Assembly (NCBI GenBank): GCA_038087875.1
Contig: CM075990.1
Span: 17,486,001-17,550,000, forward strand
Direction: 5' to 3'
From: Malacoraja senta
Taxonomy: Eukaryota
Length of the DNA stretch: 64,000 nt
The notes beneath the pieces were generated by a model that was not told the origin of the DNA, did no database searches, and saw only the letters and a program-made list of their open reading frames with translations. Positions 48,640-63,335 of this stretch are shown in pieces (position 1 is the stretch's first letter; each line of letters starts with the position of its first letter). A program made the translations under genes and the position numbers.

Positions 48640-49200
48640 GGCACAAGAACAGGCCCTTCAGCCCACAATATCTCTGCCAAACATGATGCCAAGACCTATC
48701 TCTTATCTGCCTGCACAGAATCCACACTCTGCCATTTCCCGCATATCCATGTGGCTACTAATAAGTATTTTAAATGTCCCTAATGTATCTGCTTCAATCA
48801 CCACCCCTTACAGCACAGCACGTTCCAGGCACCCACCACTTTCTCTGTAAGCCCCGCATATCTCCTTTAAACTTTGCCCCTCTCACCTTAAAGCTGTGCC
48901 CTGTTGCATTTGATTTTTCTGCCGTGGGAAAAAAGATTCTGACCGTCTACCTTATCTATGTATCTCATAATTTTATATACATCTCTCAGGTTTCCCCGCA
49001 ACCTCTGGCCTTCCAGAGAACACAATCCAAGTCAGCCCATCCTCTCCCTGTGGCAGGTGCCTGCTAATCCTGGCAGCCTTCTGGTAAATCTCCTCTCCTT
49101 TTCAAAACCTCCATTTCCTTCCTGTAATGGAGTGTCCAGAACTGCACACGTTACTCTAAATGCAGCCAAACCAACGTCTTATGAAGCTGCCTCCATGATT
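48640..49200 (-). mobile_element. Old CR1 fragment
   Basis: GGCACAAGAACAGGCCCTTCAGCCCACAA tail end plus a decayed ORF2 end. Confidence 0.7.
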
Positions 49201-49929
49201 GCCAGAGTTCTCCTGCACTTCCAGAGTTCATTGATGATCACTGTACTACAAGCAGGCGACTGACTGGAGAATGACAAACACAATCTCTCTTGGTCAACGC
49301 TTCAGCAAGGCCAGATAGCAGGAACTCTGCCTTATTTTCCCAAATCCCCAGTCAAAGATTAACATGAACCAGAAATTCAACTTGCAATCTATTGATAGCT
49401 GCAACTCACAGGCACTTCAGCAGGTCTATGTTCCCATTGGGACTCTGGACATTGCCACTGCCTAAGGTGACCAAACATCATCAATTAGTGTTTAACTCGA
49501 GAGAGAAGTCATCCACAACTAATATATGATACAACGTAAGGCCAGACGGTCTAATCTGTTTACTCTCCAGATTATAATTGGGCATTTTATTGCTTCCAAA
49601 GCAGTAATTGTGGCATTTTTAATGATTTACAGAAATAATTACAAATCTATTGAGATGTGTGAATTTATATAAAAAGTACAGAACATCATAGTGGCAATCG
49701 TTAGCTCGAGATATTTGTCGTTCGTGTGAAATTCTAGCTGCACCGTAACAGGAAGGATGAGGCTTTGGAGAGATTGCTGACCAGGTTTACCAGAACACTG
49801 CCCAAATTAGAGGGGATTAGCAAAATGAGGTTGGGCAAACGTGGACAGTTTTCTCTGGGGCGTCTGAGGCTGAGATACGGCAAGATAGACGGTTTATAAA
49901 TTAAGAGGTGCAGAGATAGGGGAGACAGA

Positions 49930-50308
49930 TTCAGGCCCTCTCACCGGAATAATGGAACTCCGGCGTTGGAACGGAAGAACACTCTCGGAGTTTCCGAAGC
50001 GGCCGATTCCGGAGTTCCGACGCCGGAGTTCCATCATCCCGGCGAGGGGGCCTGAAACATCGGGCCGCCTTGCGACGACTGCGGAGGCCTCGATAGGCCC
50101 CGACCACGGGTGAACAAGAGGAAGAGGATTGAACTTTGTTGCCTTCCCTCTCAGTGGGAAACGTTGATCCCGCTGTGGGGGGATGTTTTTATGTTTTATG
50201 TTCAATTCTATACTGCTGTGTTTATCTTATTTGTGTGCTGCATGGTAACTCAAATTTCACTGCACCAATTGGTGTTTGTGACAATAAATGTCCTCTGTCC
50301 TTTGTCAG
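49930..50308 (+). mobile_element. Unclassified GC-rich retroposon with a Rex1-type tail and a 5' inversion, following a CR1 fragment (49750-49925)
   Basis: The tail AAATTTCACTGCACCAATTGGTG...ACAATAAATGTCC matches 59545-59630 (-) and 52540-52600. A 43-bp inverted repeat lies at 49930-49972 / 50014-50056. Confidence 0.6.
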
Positions 50309-50344
50309 TACCTTTTGGTATTTGGAAATGTTGAATACCAGTTA

Positions 50345-50596
<252 letters not shown>

Positions 50597-52894
50597 TTAT
50601 AACCGTAACAAAGCTTTCAACTGTACCTCAATACACGTGACTATACTAAACCCCTACGAATTCCTCGCAGATGCTGATCCAGGGCCCACTGAACACAATC
50701 ATAGAATTCCAACACTGAATGATCCAATGATCCAACACTGAAACAGGACCTTCGGCCCATGTTAACTGTGCTGCTTTTCCATGTTAATCCCATTTTCCCA
50801 CATTAGACCTGTATCTATCCAACGCTACCTGTGGTGAACAAGAAATAATGAAATATAAAAACTGGTGCAGGAGTTAGCCATTCGACCCTTTGAGCCAGCA
50901 CCGCCATTCAATATGATCATGGCTGATCTTCCAGAATCAGCACCCAGTTCCTGCTTTCTCCCCATATCCCATGATTCCGTTAGCCCTAAGAGCTAAATCT
51001 AACTCTCTCTTGAAGAACACACATGTGACAGGCCGTGACTAACAATACAAGATCTCCAGGAATGGCGATCTCGGAGCTGGATTTGATCCTGTGAGAGCCT
51101 TACACTGGGATAATCAGTCCGAGATAACTCCTGAATGCCTGCTGTTCTTCATTTGTGAATCTGTCAGCATTAAAATAAAAGCAGAGGGTTTAACAGCAAG
51201 GAGAGGAAGTAGGTTTTAATCATGTACTGTAGATAAAGGGAGAAATATTTTGAAAAACATTCCTGTTTTATACCAACAGAGGCAAGTTGCACTAAAACTG
51301 TCATGTTTGTTTCTGCTGCTTTTCCCTTGACATCCTCAAATAGTCAATCTCCATCCAATCCCAAAGGGATGGTCCATATTTAGTGGGCTGTAAATAAACA
51401 TTGGACCAGATACTGGGGAGAGAATCTGATGACCCACATAGACATCGGGCAGAGTTGAGCACGAGTCCTGTAGTCATGTCTTCAACAGCTTCGTCTGACT
51501 GTACCGCCATGCTGGAATTAATTTAGTATAGTTTATTATTGTCACGTGTAACGAGGTAAGGTCTTCTTCTTATCGAGTCCACACACAAGATTAGAAGTTG
51601 TTCAGCCAGAGCTGATCACTACTTCTCGACATCTGCACAATGGTGTCTGTCTTGCGTTTCTTGTGCGTGGCGGTGGAAAGATTGGTGGAAACAGGGCCAC
51701 GACGTGAACGCTCTTTCCTTGACCCCCACGAGCTAAGGGGAAAAGCCTTTTGTTGCGTGCTAAACAGTCAGTGAAAAGACTATAGAAACATAGAAAATAG
51801 GTGCAGTAGTAGGCCATTCGGCCCTTCGAGCCCCTGCCATTCAATATGATCATGACTGATCATCCAAAATCAGTACCGAGTTCCTGCTTTCTCCCCATAT
51901 TCCTTGATTCCATTAGCCCCAAGAGCTAAATCTAATTCTCTCTTGAAAACATTGTGATTACAAACATACATGATTAGAATCAAACCGTCCACAGTGTACA
52001 GATACAGGATGAAGGGAATTAGGTTTAGTGCAAGATAAGGTTCAGTAAAGTCTAGTTAACGGTTGTTGAAGGTCTCCAATCTCGTGTGCTTCACGTCTGG
52101 AGAATGCCCACCTTATTCGAGTACACACACCAACAGACCCTGAGCGAGCCAGGACTGCTCCTGTTGAGTTTATTGTGAGATACAGCTGCAGTGAACATAT
52201 TGCTTGCGATAGTGTAACAGACAGATAGATTTAGACAATGCATAAAACACATTAATTATACATAAATACTGCAAGACAGTAAAAAATAAAAAGACTGCAA
52301 AAAAACAAGACAGCACTAAACTAGAGGGAGAGGTTGGGCTGGCGAGGACTCTATGCCTTGGAGCGCAGGAAGCTGAGGGGTGATCTCATAGTGTATATGA
52401 TCATGAGGGGAATAGACAGGGTGAATGCACAGTAGGGAGGGAGATTGAGAACCAGAGGACATTAATGTAGTATAGTATATAATATGTTCATGTTAAATTC
52501 TATCGTGTATTGTGTTCTTTTTATTCGTATGGCTGTATGGCAACTCAAATCTCACTGTACCGATTGGTGCACGTAACAATAAATGCAACTTGAACTTGAA
52601 TATAGCAGAGGATAGTATATAGTACAGTGTATGGCACAGTATGTAGCGTATAGCACAGTGTATAATAGTGTTTGGTCTAGTTGGCGGAAAGATGCTATAG
52701 GAACCTGAGGGGCAACTGGAGGCCACAGAAGAGGAGTGTTGGGATCGGACTGAGATGGAGCAGGTGGTCTGCAGAGCTCGGATGGACAGGGCCAAGACGC
52801 AGCAGACCCATGGTCATGGAAAGCAGAGGGATGTTGTTCCAATGACTCACGGAGAAGTATCATCAGGAAATGAACATGGAGCTGACAGACCTGT

Positions 52895-53395
<501 letters not shown>

Positions 53396-53499
53396 AACAT
53401 CTCTGTCTTCAAGGTTCCTTGCAGACTGCCTCGTTGGAACTTTCTATAGGCTTTGTGGCAGCCCAGAGATGTATTAGTCAACGGCATTGATGCTACGGC

Positions 53500-53885
53500 C
53501 AAAAATGCACATTTACTTCATCAGAAGACTAAGAAATTCAAGATGACTGCAACAATTCTTGCCAACTTCTACAGATGCACCGTAGAAAGCATCCTAATGG
53601 AATACATCACAGCTTGGTTTGGCAACAGCTCTGCCCTAGACCACAAGAAATAACAGTGTGTTGTGAATGTAGCCCAGTCCATTACACAGACCACATTCCT
53701 CACCATTGACTGTATCTACACTTTATGCTGCTTCAGATAACCAGCCAACATAATCATGGATCACTCACGCCTCGGTCATTTCCTCTTCTCCCCTCTCTGT
53801 TCAGGCAGAAGGTACAGAAGCTTGAACGTGCACACCACCAGATTCTGGAACAGCTTCTTCCCCATTGTTATCAGGCTAATAAACC
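53500..53885 (+). mobile_element. Rex1/Babar LINE fragment
   Basis: ILANFYRCTVESILMEYITAWFGNSSA and SGRRYRSLNVHTTRFWNSFFPIVIRLIN. Confidence 0.82.
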
Positions 53886-55976
53886 ATCCTCCCGTAAGCT
53901 GGGGTGTAATCCCAATCTTCCGACCTACCTCCCTGTGAGTTTTCCCTCTGGAACTGTAATACTGTAGCACTTTCATGCAATATTCTACCCCTTGGTATTT
54001 GCATTATCTGTTGTACCTGTGTATGGATTGACGGTACTCATGTCTAATAAGATTTTATTTGAACGGATAGCACGCAAACAAAAGCTTTTGACTGTACCTC
54101 GGTACACGTGTGAATATTCCAAACATGGCACAATTCTTAATGTAGTAACAGGCATAAAGCAACAATTATTGCTCTCAAGCAATATGACGTGTTGCCAGTG
54201 TTGAAGAGAGAGTTGGTGTGACAGTATTTACAGTTTGTACCTGTCCCATCCCTGTTTCCTCAATGTTATGACTTTAGCTGAAAGCCCATCTCCCTCCTCT
54301 TCCGAACAGCTCTAGTCTTTGTGTTAACTGGGTTTAATTGTCATATGTGCTGAACATGGAAGCATGACATTTTTACTTTCAGCAGCATAACTTGCCTGTA
54401 AACACAGACAGACAGGTAACATAATAAACAAGAAATTTAAATAAATTAAAAACCCAAAAATCCCAAAGTCCTTCGTACAACCAAGACAGTTTGTAGTTCC
54501 TAGTTTAGCTAGTACCTCGTTAGTCATACAGCATGGTAATGAATGAATGAATGAGTTTATTGGCCAAGTATGTTCACATACAAGGAATTTGCCTTGGTGC
54601 TCTGCTCGCAGATGACAACAAGACATACAGTAAACAATTAAGAATGACACATAAAACATTAAACATTAATAATAAACACACGGTTCGGCCCAACTAGTTA
54701 GTGTTTGTCGTGTTTGGGGCTCAATATTTTAAACCATCCAGATTATTATTTCACATCTACACCTCTGCCATCCCCACCTTCCGTCTCCCTCATCCAACAC
54801 CACAATCCCTTTTGTCTTAAGAAGGGATTCGACCCGAAACGCCACCTATCCATGTTCTCCAGAGATGCTGCCTGACCCCTGAGTTACTCCAGCACTTTGT
54901 GCCTTTTTTTGGTAAGCCAACATCTGCAGTTCCTTGTTTCTACCCCCTCTGTCTATCCGCCACTTTCCCGACTGTGCCTTGCCTCCATCTCTGCTCCCTG
55001 TGTTTTAAAACTTGTTCCATCTTCAATCACGCAGAGTCTGATGAGAGACCTGCAACGCTGCCTCTGTTTCCCACTGCAGGGACTGCATGGATGTACCCTA
55101 CCCCTCTGAGCTGTGCCAGCATCTTTCATTAGCACCTGAGCTTCACAGTGGAAACGCCAGCCCTCAGAGAGACACAGAGCAGGAGGGGCGGACATGCCCT
55201 CTCTACTCTGGTGGTGTGGGAAAAGCAGTCTGCCTCTTGCCGTGCCATGCTGTCCCTGGAAGTTTCTCACTGCCGTTGAAGGATGTGGACATTTCCAAGA
55301 TCACTGCGAGCGCGGCTTATCTTTAGCATCAAGAACAACAAAAATGCTTGAGAGTCTGGTAAATGTTGTTATTAATTTGGATGTCAGAGGTTAATCTTTA
55401 GTATTGACGGACGGGACTGCTCATTGTTCACATGGCTTCAGTAACACATCAAAGAGCGGCAGGGACTCTAACTTAGAGTGGAGCTGCTTCACCCTCTCAC
55501 CAGCCGGTGACTATAATCTGACTGACAAAAGGAAAGCCCCAATACTGATGCACGTTGACAAGAGGAATGTCTTGATATATCCCGTGAAGGCAGACCAAGC
55601 AAGGGGTTGATTAAAAAATAAACACTCTTCTTCAAAAGACAGATGCTTGAAGTATTTTATGCTCTTGTGGGGTATGTGTGGTTGTGAGGGTGGAGTGGAG
55701 AACAATGGAATTATCAGCATGAAGTATAGGAACGGTGGAGAGGAGAGGGAGAGCTGGTGCTAGAGGGAATGGACACAGAGTGCTGGAGTCACTCAGCTGG
55801 CCGGTCAGGCAGCATCTCTGGAGAAAAAGGATGGGTGATGTTTTGGGTCGGGACCTTTCTTCAGACTGACAGTAGAGGGGAGGGAACTGGAGGTAAGAAA
55901 AGGCCAGAACAAAGTTGCGCCGGCAACAGGTGACCAAGGAAGGGTGGCGGCCATGATGGCCCGTTGTAGGCTGGGG

Positions 55977-56271
55977 TCTGACCTCCCCAGAGGAGCGTGG
56001 GTGAAGCTCAACAGACTTGGTACTGGAGTTGGGCGTTTCAATGTCAGCGTGTGGAGATGGGGGCTCCACCAGAGCCCAGCCTGTGAATGCGGAGCAGAAC
56101 AACAGACAGCCAACCATGTCATCTCTGGGTGCCCGCTCTACCACCCACCAAATGGAGCCCAGGGCCTGGCAGACATTGACACCAACAGAGACAACAACCT
56201 GCCTGCTCAACACCCGGCTTGAGATCTAACTATTTCTTTGGTTTATGTTTCATTCGCAAGAAGAAGAAGAA
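55977..56271 (+). mobile_element. RTE-X-like LINE 3' end with (AAG)n tail, inserted in a Penelope 3' region (55770-56290, minus)
   Basis: LPRGAWVKLNRLGTGVGRF...PACECGAEQQTANHVISGCP. An 11-bp TSD GTAGGCTGGGG lies at 55966-55976 and 56272-56282. Confidence 0.82.
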
Positions 56272-56447
56272 GTAGGCTGGGGGAAGAGGTGGCTTTCTGA
56301 CTTCAGGCGAACGTGTGAGAGTGGTCACAAGCCACGTCGTCTGTCCGAATGACTTCAATGCAGAGAGGTGTCAATCAGTTACCTTGTCACTGCCAGCTGT
56401 TGTACACAATCTAGTCTGTGAGAAGCTGGTCACAGCAGATATGTACA

Positions 56448-56726
56448 GTTTGGGTACATGCATGTGTGTTTGGATACATGCATGTGTGTTTGGGTACATG
56501 CATGTGTGTTTGTATACATGCATGTGTGTTTGGGTACATGCCTGTGTGTTTGGGTACATGCACGTGTGTTTGGGTACATGCATGTGTGTTTGGATACATG
56601 CAGGTGTGTTTAAATACATGCATGTGTGTTTGGGTACATGCATGTGTGTTTGGGTACATGCATGTGTGTTTGGGTACACGCATGTGTGTTTGGGAACATG
56701 CATGTGTGTTTGGGTACATGCATGTG
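56448..56726. repeat. 20-bp minisatellite (~14 copies)
   Basis: (GTTTGGGTACATGCATGTGT)n, containing the palindrome ACATGCATGT. Confidence 0.95.
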
Positions 56727-56974
56727 TCCAGGTGACCACTAGAAATCCATCAGGTAGAATGTGAATAGCAGCTTTTCATTAGTTTAAAGATGCATTGAAA
56801 AGGCACTTAGATAGGTGTATGGATTGGAAACGTTTAATGGGATATGGACTAGTAGCGGGTAAATGGGATGAGCTTAGAAGGGGCATCTTGGCCAGCATGA
56901 ATGAGTTTTGTGGAAAGGTCTGGTTCCATGCTGTATCACACTAAGGTGTAGTAATTTAATTTTTTGATTAAAAG

Positions 56975-57252
56975 ATACAGCATGGAAACTGGCCCTTTGG
57001 CCCACTGAGTCCATGCCAACTATTGATCACCCATTCACACTGGTTCTATGTTATTCCACTTTCTCATCCACTCCGTACTCACTAAGGGCAATTTACAGAG
57101 TGTCAATTAACCTACAAGCTCGCAAGTCTTTGAGATGTGGGAGGAAACCGGATCACCCGGAGGAGACCCACATGGTCACAGGGAGAACGTACAAACTCCA
57201 CACGGACGGCGCCCGAGGTCAGGATCGAACCTGGCTCTGTGGCGCTGTGAGG
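56975..57252 (-). mobile_element. HE1-like V-SINE
   Basis: Tail, V-domain and partial head on the minus strand. Confidence 0.82.
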
Positions 57253-58179
57253 GCTGAGGAATGTTGATAAAATTCACTCAGAACCACGTGGCTCCTGGGA
57301 ATGGCTGTGAAAGAGAGAAACGGGGAGAGCAGAACTTCTCACAGTGTGCTGTGTCCAAACATCTGTTAATCATTCTTACCCATTGTATTTCATAAGCTAC
57401 TGTACGTTTCTCTATGTTGAGCGTAAACAGATACTACATTTTATCAATGTACAAGTTTAATAGGCCAATCAATATTCACTCCATCTCGAATAATACAAGT
57501 GGAGGTTTTGTGAACAGCATGTCTGGAGATTGGCTCAGCTCATACATCACGGCCAGCAAAGAAATCACTTCAGTTAAGAGAGTTTACTCAACCACATTCT
57601 TAAACTCCTAAATTAGACTCCAGCACATGTGTTTTATATCCCACACCAGCAGACTGAAAGCACAATTTCAAGTTTAGTTTTTGGGTCAGCAATTCTATTC
57701 TCATTTTTGAGATTTTTTTAAAAATAAGATTTTTTTTTTTAAACACATAGAAGTTATAATTATAAATGCATCTGACATATTTAAGTGTTCAATCTGATTA
57801 GAAATCTCCATGTTCCATATTAAAATATGCCATTTCCAACAAGTTTAATTTGAAATGAAACATTCTCTTAAGCATTAAGCAACAATTATCCCCATTACTT
57901 TGGTGAAACAGACATGAAAAATCGTATGCATTTAATGAGTGTACATTAAAGAGGTTTCCCAGTAAAATACCAATCCATCTTTAGATCAAAGGTTGTGAGA
58001 GAGAAGCTAGATTCCATGCTGTATTTCTCACTTTATTTGTGAAGCTAAAGAGCTTGATTAACATCAGGGTCTATTGGGTGGGAGTGAGCATTGACTTCTA
58101 CAGTACGGTAAGCATGCATGTACCTGGACAATGATCGGCATAGAGAGATACAACATTGGAACAGGTCCTTTGCCCACAC

Positions 58180-58815
58180 TGACCATCAACGCAAACCAAC
58201 CTCCCTTCACTTGACTCCATCTATACGCAGCCTCGGCAAGGGCAGCAGCATAATCAAGGACCAGCCTCACCCTGATCACCTCCTCTTTCCCCCTCTCCCA
58301 TTAGGCAAGAGGTACAGAAGTGTGAAAATGCACACCTTTAGATTCATGGACAGTTAATTCCCATTTGTTATCAGACAACTGAACCGTCCTCTCATCAACT
58401 AGGGAGCGGTCCTGACCTCCCATCTACCTCATTGGAGACCTTTGGACTATCTTTAGTCTGACTTTATTGGACTTTAATTTGCACTAAACATGATTCCCTT
58501 TAATCTGTATCTGTACACCGCGGGTGGCTTCATTGGTGTCATGTTTTATATCTTTTAATTTATTGTTGTATTTCATATGTAATTTTTGCGCCTCATGTGA
58601 GCTGTTATGTTATGTTGTGTTATGTTGTCTGTTTCTGATGTCTTGTTTATTCTTCTGTACAGCACTTTGGCCAACATTGGTTGTTTTAAAGTGCGTAACA
58701 AATAAAGTTGGATTGGATTGGATTGGATGTAATGTCTTTTCGCGGACTGGATTTCATGCAACAAATAAGCTTTTCACTGCACCTCGGTACACGTGGTAAT
58801 AATAAACTAAACTAA
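58180..58815 (+). mobile_element. Rex1/Babar 3' end containing an L2-type tail (58520-58728)
   Basis: KGSSIIKDQPHPDHLLFPPLPLGKRYRSVK, then CAGCACTTTGGCCAAC...AATAAAG(TTGGA)n. Confidence 0.7.
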
Positions 58816-58912
58816 AAACAAGTATAATGTAATGGATGGAGGCAAGTGTATTCAGAAAAATAGAATCTCACCTGAAAATCATTATTCCCAATGGCTCCTG
58901 AATCTTCCATCT

Positions 58913-58998
58913 GTCTCCCAGTCTCCCAGTCTCCCAGTCTCACAGTCTCCCAGTCTCCCAGTCTCCCAGTCTCCCAGTCTCCCAGTCTCCCAGTCTCC
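58913..58998. repeat. 8-bp tandem repeat (GTCTCCCA)n, ~11 copies
   Basis: Directly visible. Confidence 0.95.
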
Positions 58999-61529
58999 CC
59001 CACCCCCTCACCCTGCCTATTACACCAGGGAGGCTGGGTTAGCTACTGCTGACTATCCATGCAATTAGAAAATCCAATTATAATTCAATAAAAACACAAT
59101 GGAGATATTTATTTCCAACTAAAACTAAAGATTACTACTGATAGCAGTAGTTAAATTATGAATAATTGCAAAAACATCTTGCAGAGTTCATATAGTCTGA
59201 TTGCTGACAACCTCATCCACGCAACCTCACACATCTCCTTCTTCCACTTAGTAGGTTATAAGTGTCTGTTTGACTTCTTGGGGAAAGGTTCTTCCACCAG
59301 CTAAAGAATCGTTAACTAGCAAAAGCAGATCTCAAATACTTGGCATAATGCCCATGGCTTGTCTTACAGCGCAGGTTGCTGTGAGCTGCCATGCACATTG
59401 TGAAAGGGTGGAGGCAAATGTCAAAGGTAATTGAATAAGGACGGACCTGGTCAATACAGCTGGAGAATGGGATGAATCAATGAGTTAGCAGGGGCATGAT
59501 GGCCCAAATGGCCTCCTTCAGTGCGAAAGATTATATGTTTCCATTCAAAGGACAAAGGACAAAGGACAAAGGACATTTATTGTCACATACACCAATTGGT
59601 GCAGTGAAATTCGACTTGCCAATGCAGCACATGAATAAAGTTAATACACAACATTAAAGAATTTAACAGAATTTAACAATAAACATAAAAATAAACATTC
59701 AAGATTTATTGGTTACATTCTGGTGCAAAATTCTTCACTCAGACGCTAAGTTAGTATTTTTTGTTTTTTTAAGGGACAAAAACATACAGAAAAAAGGAAT
59801 AGGCCACGTCCCCTCAAGCCTGTCCCGCCATTCAATACAGTCATGGCTGATCAGCCCCAGGCCTCAACATCGCTTCTATGTCAGGTCTCCGTGATCCACA
59901 CATATCCTGATCTTTCTTAAATATACCTATCTCCTGTTTAAATACCCCAATGATCTAGCCCTCCCCAACTTTCCGTGATGGAGAATTGCAGAGATTCACC
60001 ACCTGTGCACAATGACACAGGTGGTGTCCTCCACACATCAACTTTAAATGACTGCAGACATTTTGTAAGCAGCTTCTCTCGTTGGAGACCTCCCACAATG
60101 AGAGCCGTGGGTAACTGAGGGGTTACCACTGGTGTATGATCAGACCAAGGCCTCAGAGTATGGAGACCACCTGAATCATCTAAAGCTAACTGCAGGGATG
60201 TGTCCTTCAGGCCATGGATTGTCAAGACAAAGGGCAAACAAAGCGCAGGAGATGTTGGATTCACTCAATGATCAGAGGCGAGAGTGGGCCACCCAGTCCC
60301 CATTCAGCTGCTAATCAGATTCTAACCCCAGCTCTATGTTCTCTCCTTTCCCCAGTTACGAGGGCAACATGGACAAGGTGGGCCGAAGGGCCCCTCGCTC
60401 ATCAAGAATGAGCTGCTGGGATCTGGGGGTATACAAGAGGCAAATTCAATAATCACTTTCGAAAGGGAACCGAGTATCTCTTTGAAAGTAACAGCAGAAC
60501 GAGTTGCTGGAAAGACTTCTCTCTGCCCTGCACTCCTCCACATTACATTCTACAGAGCAGAGATCACATACTGTGATTGTCACAAAAACTGTTCAACCAC
60601 TTGAAAGATAGACCTTTAATCCCTCTGTGTATTTGTCTCCGTTAAGATGGTGCGTCAGTGCTTAGCAATGAGACATGTTTGAACTTCTGATCCCAAAACC
60701 ACAATAAGCTGCCCTTGCTCATTCCTCACCCTTCCACAACCTTCCTCCACCCCCCCACCCCCCAGTGTCACTCGGCCAATATCCCTCAAGCACTGTGTTG
60801 ATGGGCGACTTCCAACCTACCAACCCTAGACACTCTGACAAAGTCTTCACTCATTGTGAAACACAGGGAAGATTCAAGTCTTCAGCTGGTTGTTAGTGGG
60901 ATCTCAAACACGCAAAATGTGCAAGTTTGAAGATCTGACCTGAAGACAGAAGCCACTGGAGATACTCTGTCAATCAGTGAAGATGCAAACAGAAAGGGCA
61001 CTAGGATCTTCACTGATGACATTGATTTCTGGAGGAGATTGAAGAGTTCTTCACTGAATGTGTGCAGTTCTGGTTGCCCAGCTATCAGAAGGATGTCTTT
61101 AAGATGGAAAGGATGAAGGATGAAAGGATTGACCAAGATGTGAACTGGAACAGGCTTGAGTTATAGAGAAACTCTATATGCCTTGTTCTTGAACAGCACA
61201 TAGAGATGCCACTTCCCGCGACATCCTCCGACATCCAATTCTCTCAAAAGTCCAATCTTGCAATAGACCTTTTTTGAAAAATAGCAATATATGAATGGCA
61301 TTTCGCCAGGTGCATGGATAGGGAAGGTCCAAAAAATGAGACGATGGCTCGTTGTACTCTTGTGTGGTGACACTGACTACTGAAATCCTGACATCAGTTG
61401 GCAATAGTTGTATTGGGGACTGATTTAATTCAGTAACACTGGACATTTCTTTCAAAGTATTTGCTCCCTCCCATTTTGTAGTTCTAAATGTCATTCTAAG
61501 TGGTTGGGTGTGTGAAACGTGGTGAACAC

Positions 61530-61752
61530 ACCGTACACTAGCACTATCCTACACACACTAGAGACAACTTACAATTTTACCAAAGCCAATTAACCTCAAC
61601 ACTTGCACATCTTTGGAGTGTGGGAGGAAACCAGAGCACCTGGAGAAAACACACACGGTCACAGGGAGAACGTACAAACTCTGTGCAGATAGCACCCATA
61701 ATCAGGATTGAACTCGGGTCTCTGGTGCTGTGAGGCAGCAGCACTGTGCCAC
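61530..61752 (-). mobile_element. HE1-like V-SINE
   Basis: V-domain and head on the minus strand. Confidence 0.82.
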
Positions 61753-63069
61753 TATTTGCTATGTTCATACATCTGTAAAGATTGGAACAACAATTACTGC
61801 CCATCCCTTGTTGCTCAGATTGATTGAACTCCTCACTTTCATGCCTCTTATTTGGATGCTTTTACCCAAGAGTAACGGCTTCCTGACTTGCCCAGTCTTC
61901 AACGCCTTCCAACCTCGCTGGCAGAGATCAGCCTGTGTACGTTTGGTTTGGTTACATGTACCGAGGTACAGTGAAATGCATCTTCTGCATGCTATCTAGT
62001 CCTTCTTCTTCTTCTTCCGTATGGCGTGCACAGCCTAAAGTTGTCGGACAACTTGTTCTATCCAGTCCAATCACACTGTACATGCGTACAATATACCTCT
62101 TCTGGAACATCACGCTGAGAGACACCACTTTCCAGCACCATCTTGTGACTTCTAAGTCTCTAAAAAGTCCGATCGTGCCCCAAAGTGATGTACAAGTTGT
62201 TGTATTTCTCACGTTAAGGCCTGGTGTCCTCGTGGCACTGGATCGATGAGGTTGGGGGTGAGCCTGGTGAATCTAATCCTGGAAATGCAGCGTAGGTTTT
62301 AAACTGGGAGTGATGTGGAACAACTGATTTTACAATGGATGTTCTTAAATTATAACTGTGACCGCACTGAATGAGAACTTCATTAGCTAAAATGAATCTT
62401 GGAAGGGGAATCAAAGATGCCATTGGTGATTGAACCTTTCCTTTCTCTATTAACAAAATGACCCATTTGGAGAGATTTTATCTTAAAAAGCACCAAGACG
62501 TGGTGAACAAAACTAAACCATGCAGCTCGCAAGCGGGATTGTTTAGTTCCCTTCACCTCCAGGACCTTAGAATTTTATAAATAAACACAAGGCGAACTGC
62601 GCTTTTCAAGCACGTCAGTCAAAAGATAAATCAGTTTAAACTCCGTTACAAATGGAAGGATGCTGATTCCAGTGACATTTTTGCCACAAATGTAATAAAT
62701 GAGTATGGTAGCTTATACCTGTAGCTTTACTCATGCCTTAAATCATTTTTACGATGCAGAGGAGCTTGGAATGGAAACCTTGTGCCCAACTAAATCATAG
62801 ATCCTAGAGCAAATGTATATTTAATTAAAAAAAGACAAAGCTCTGGAGCTAACTGGCTGAAGATTTCAACAAGAAACGTCACCTATCCATGTTCTCCAGA
62901 GATGCTGCCTGACCCGCTGAGTTACGCCAGCACTTTGTGTCCTTTTTTGTAAACCAGCATCTGCAGTTCCTTGTGTCTACATTATTTAATTTACTGGATG
63001 AAGCAATGGATGAGATACTCACTGAGTATGGTTTAATGATCAGGGTAATATTTCAGGGGTCCAGTTAAG

Positions 63070-63335
63070 TTCATAAGTTGTAGGAACAGAATTAGGCCAT
63101 TCGGCCCATCAAGTCTACTTCGTCATTCAATCATGGCTGATCTACCTTCCCCCCCAACCCCATTCTTCTGCCTTCTCCCCATAATCTTTGACACCTGTAC
63201 TAATCAAGAATCTATCTATCTCCACCTTAAAAATATCCGTTGACTTGGCCTCCACAGGCGTCTGTGGCAATGAATTCCACAGATTCACCAACCTCTGACT
63301 AAAGAAATTCTTCCTCGTCCCCATTCTAAAGGTGC
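63070..63335 (-). mobile_element. CR1 3' end
   Basis: ORF 63142-63324 RKNFFSQRLVNLWNSLPQTPVEAKSTDIFKVEIDRFL. Confidence 0.88.

Noticed and set aside
52701..52892. 192-nt open frame between AG and GTGAGT (EPEGQLEATEEECWDRTEMEQ...)
   Set aside because: The acceptor lies in a CR1 remnant without a pyrimidine tract, the donor overlaps a SINE fragment, and the peptide matches nothing I recognise.
55080..55326. Good acceptor (CTGCCTCTGTTTCCCACTGCAG) followed by an ~80-codon frame
   Set aside because: No recognisable protein similarity or partner exons. It cannot be supported without RNA-seq.
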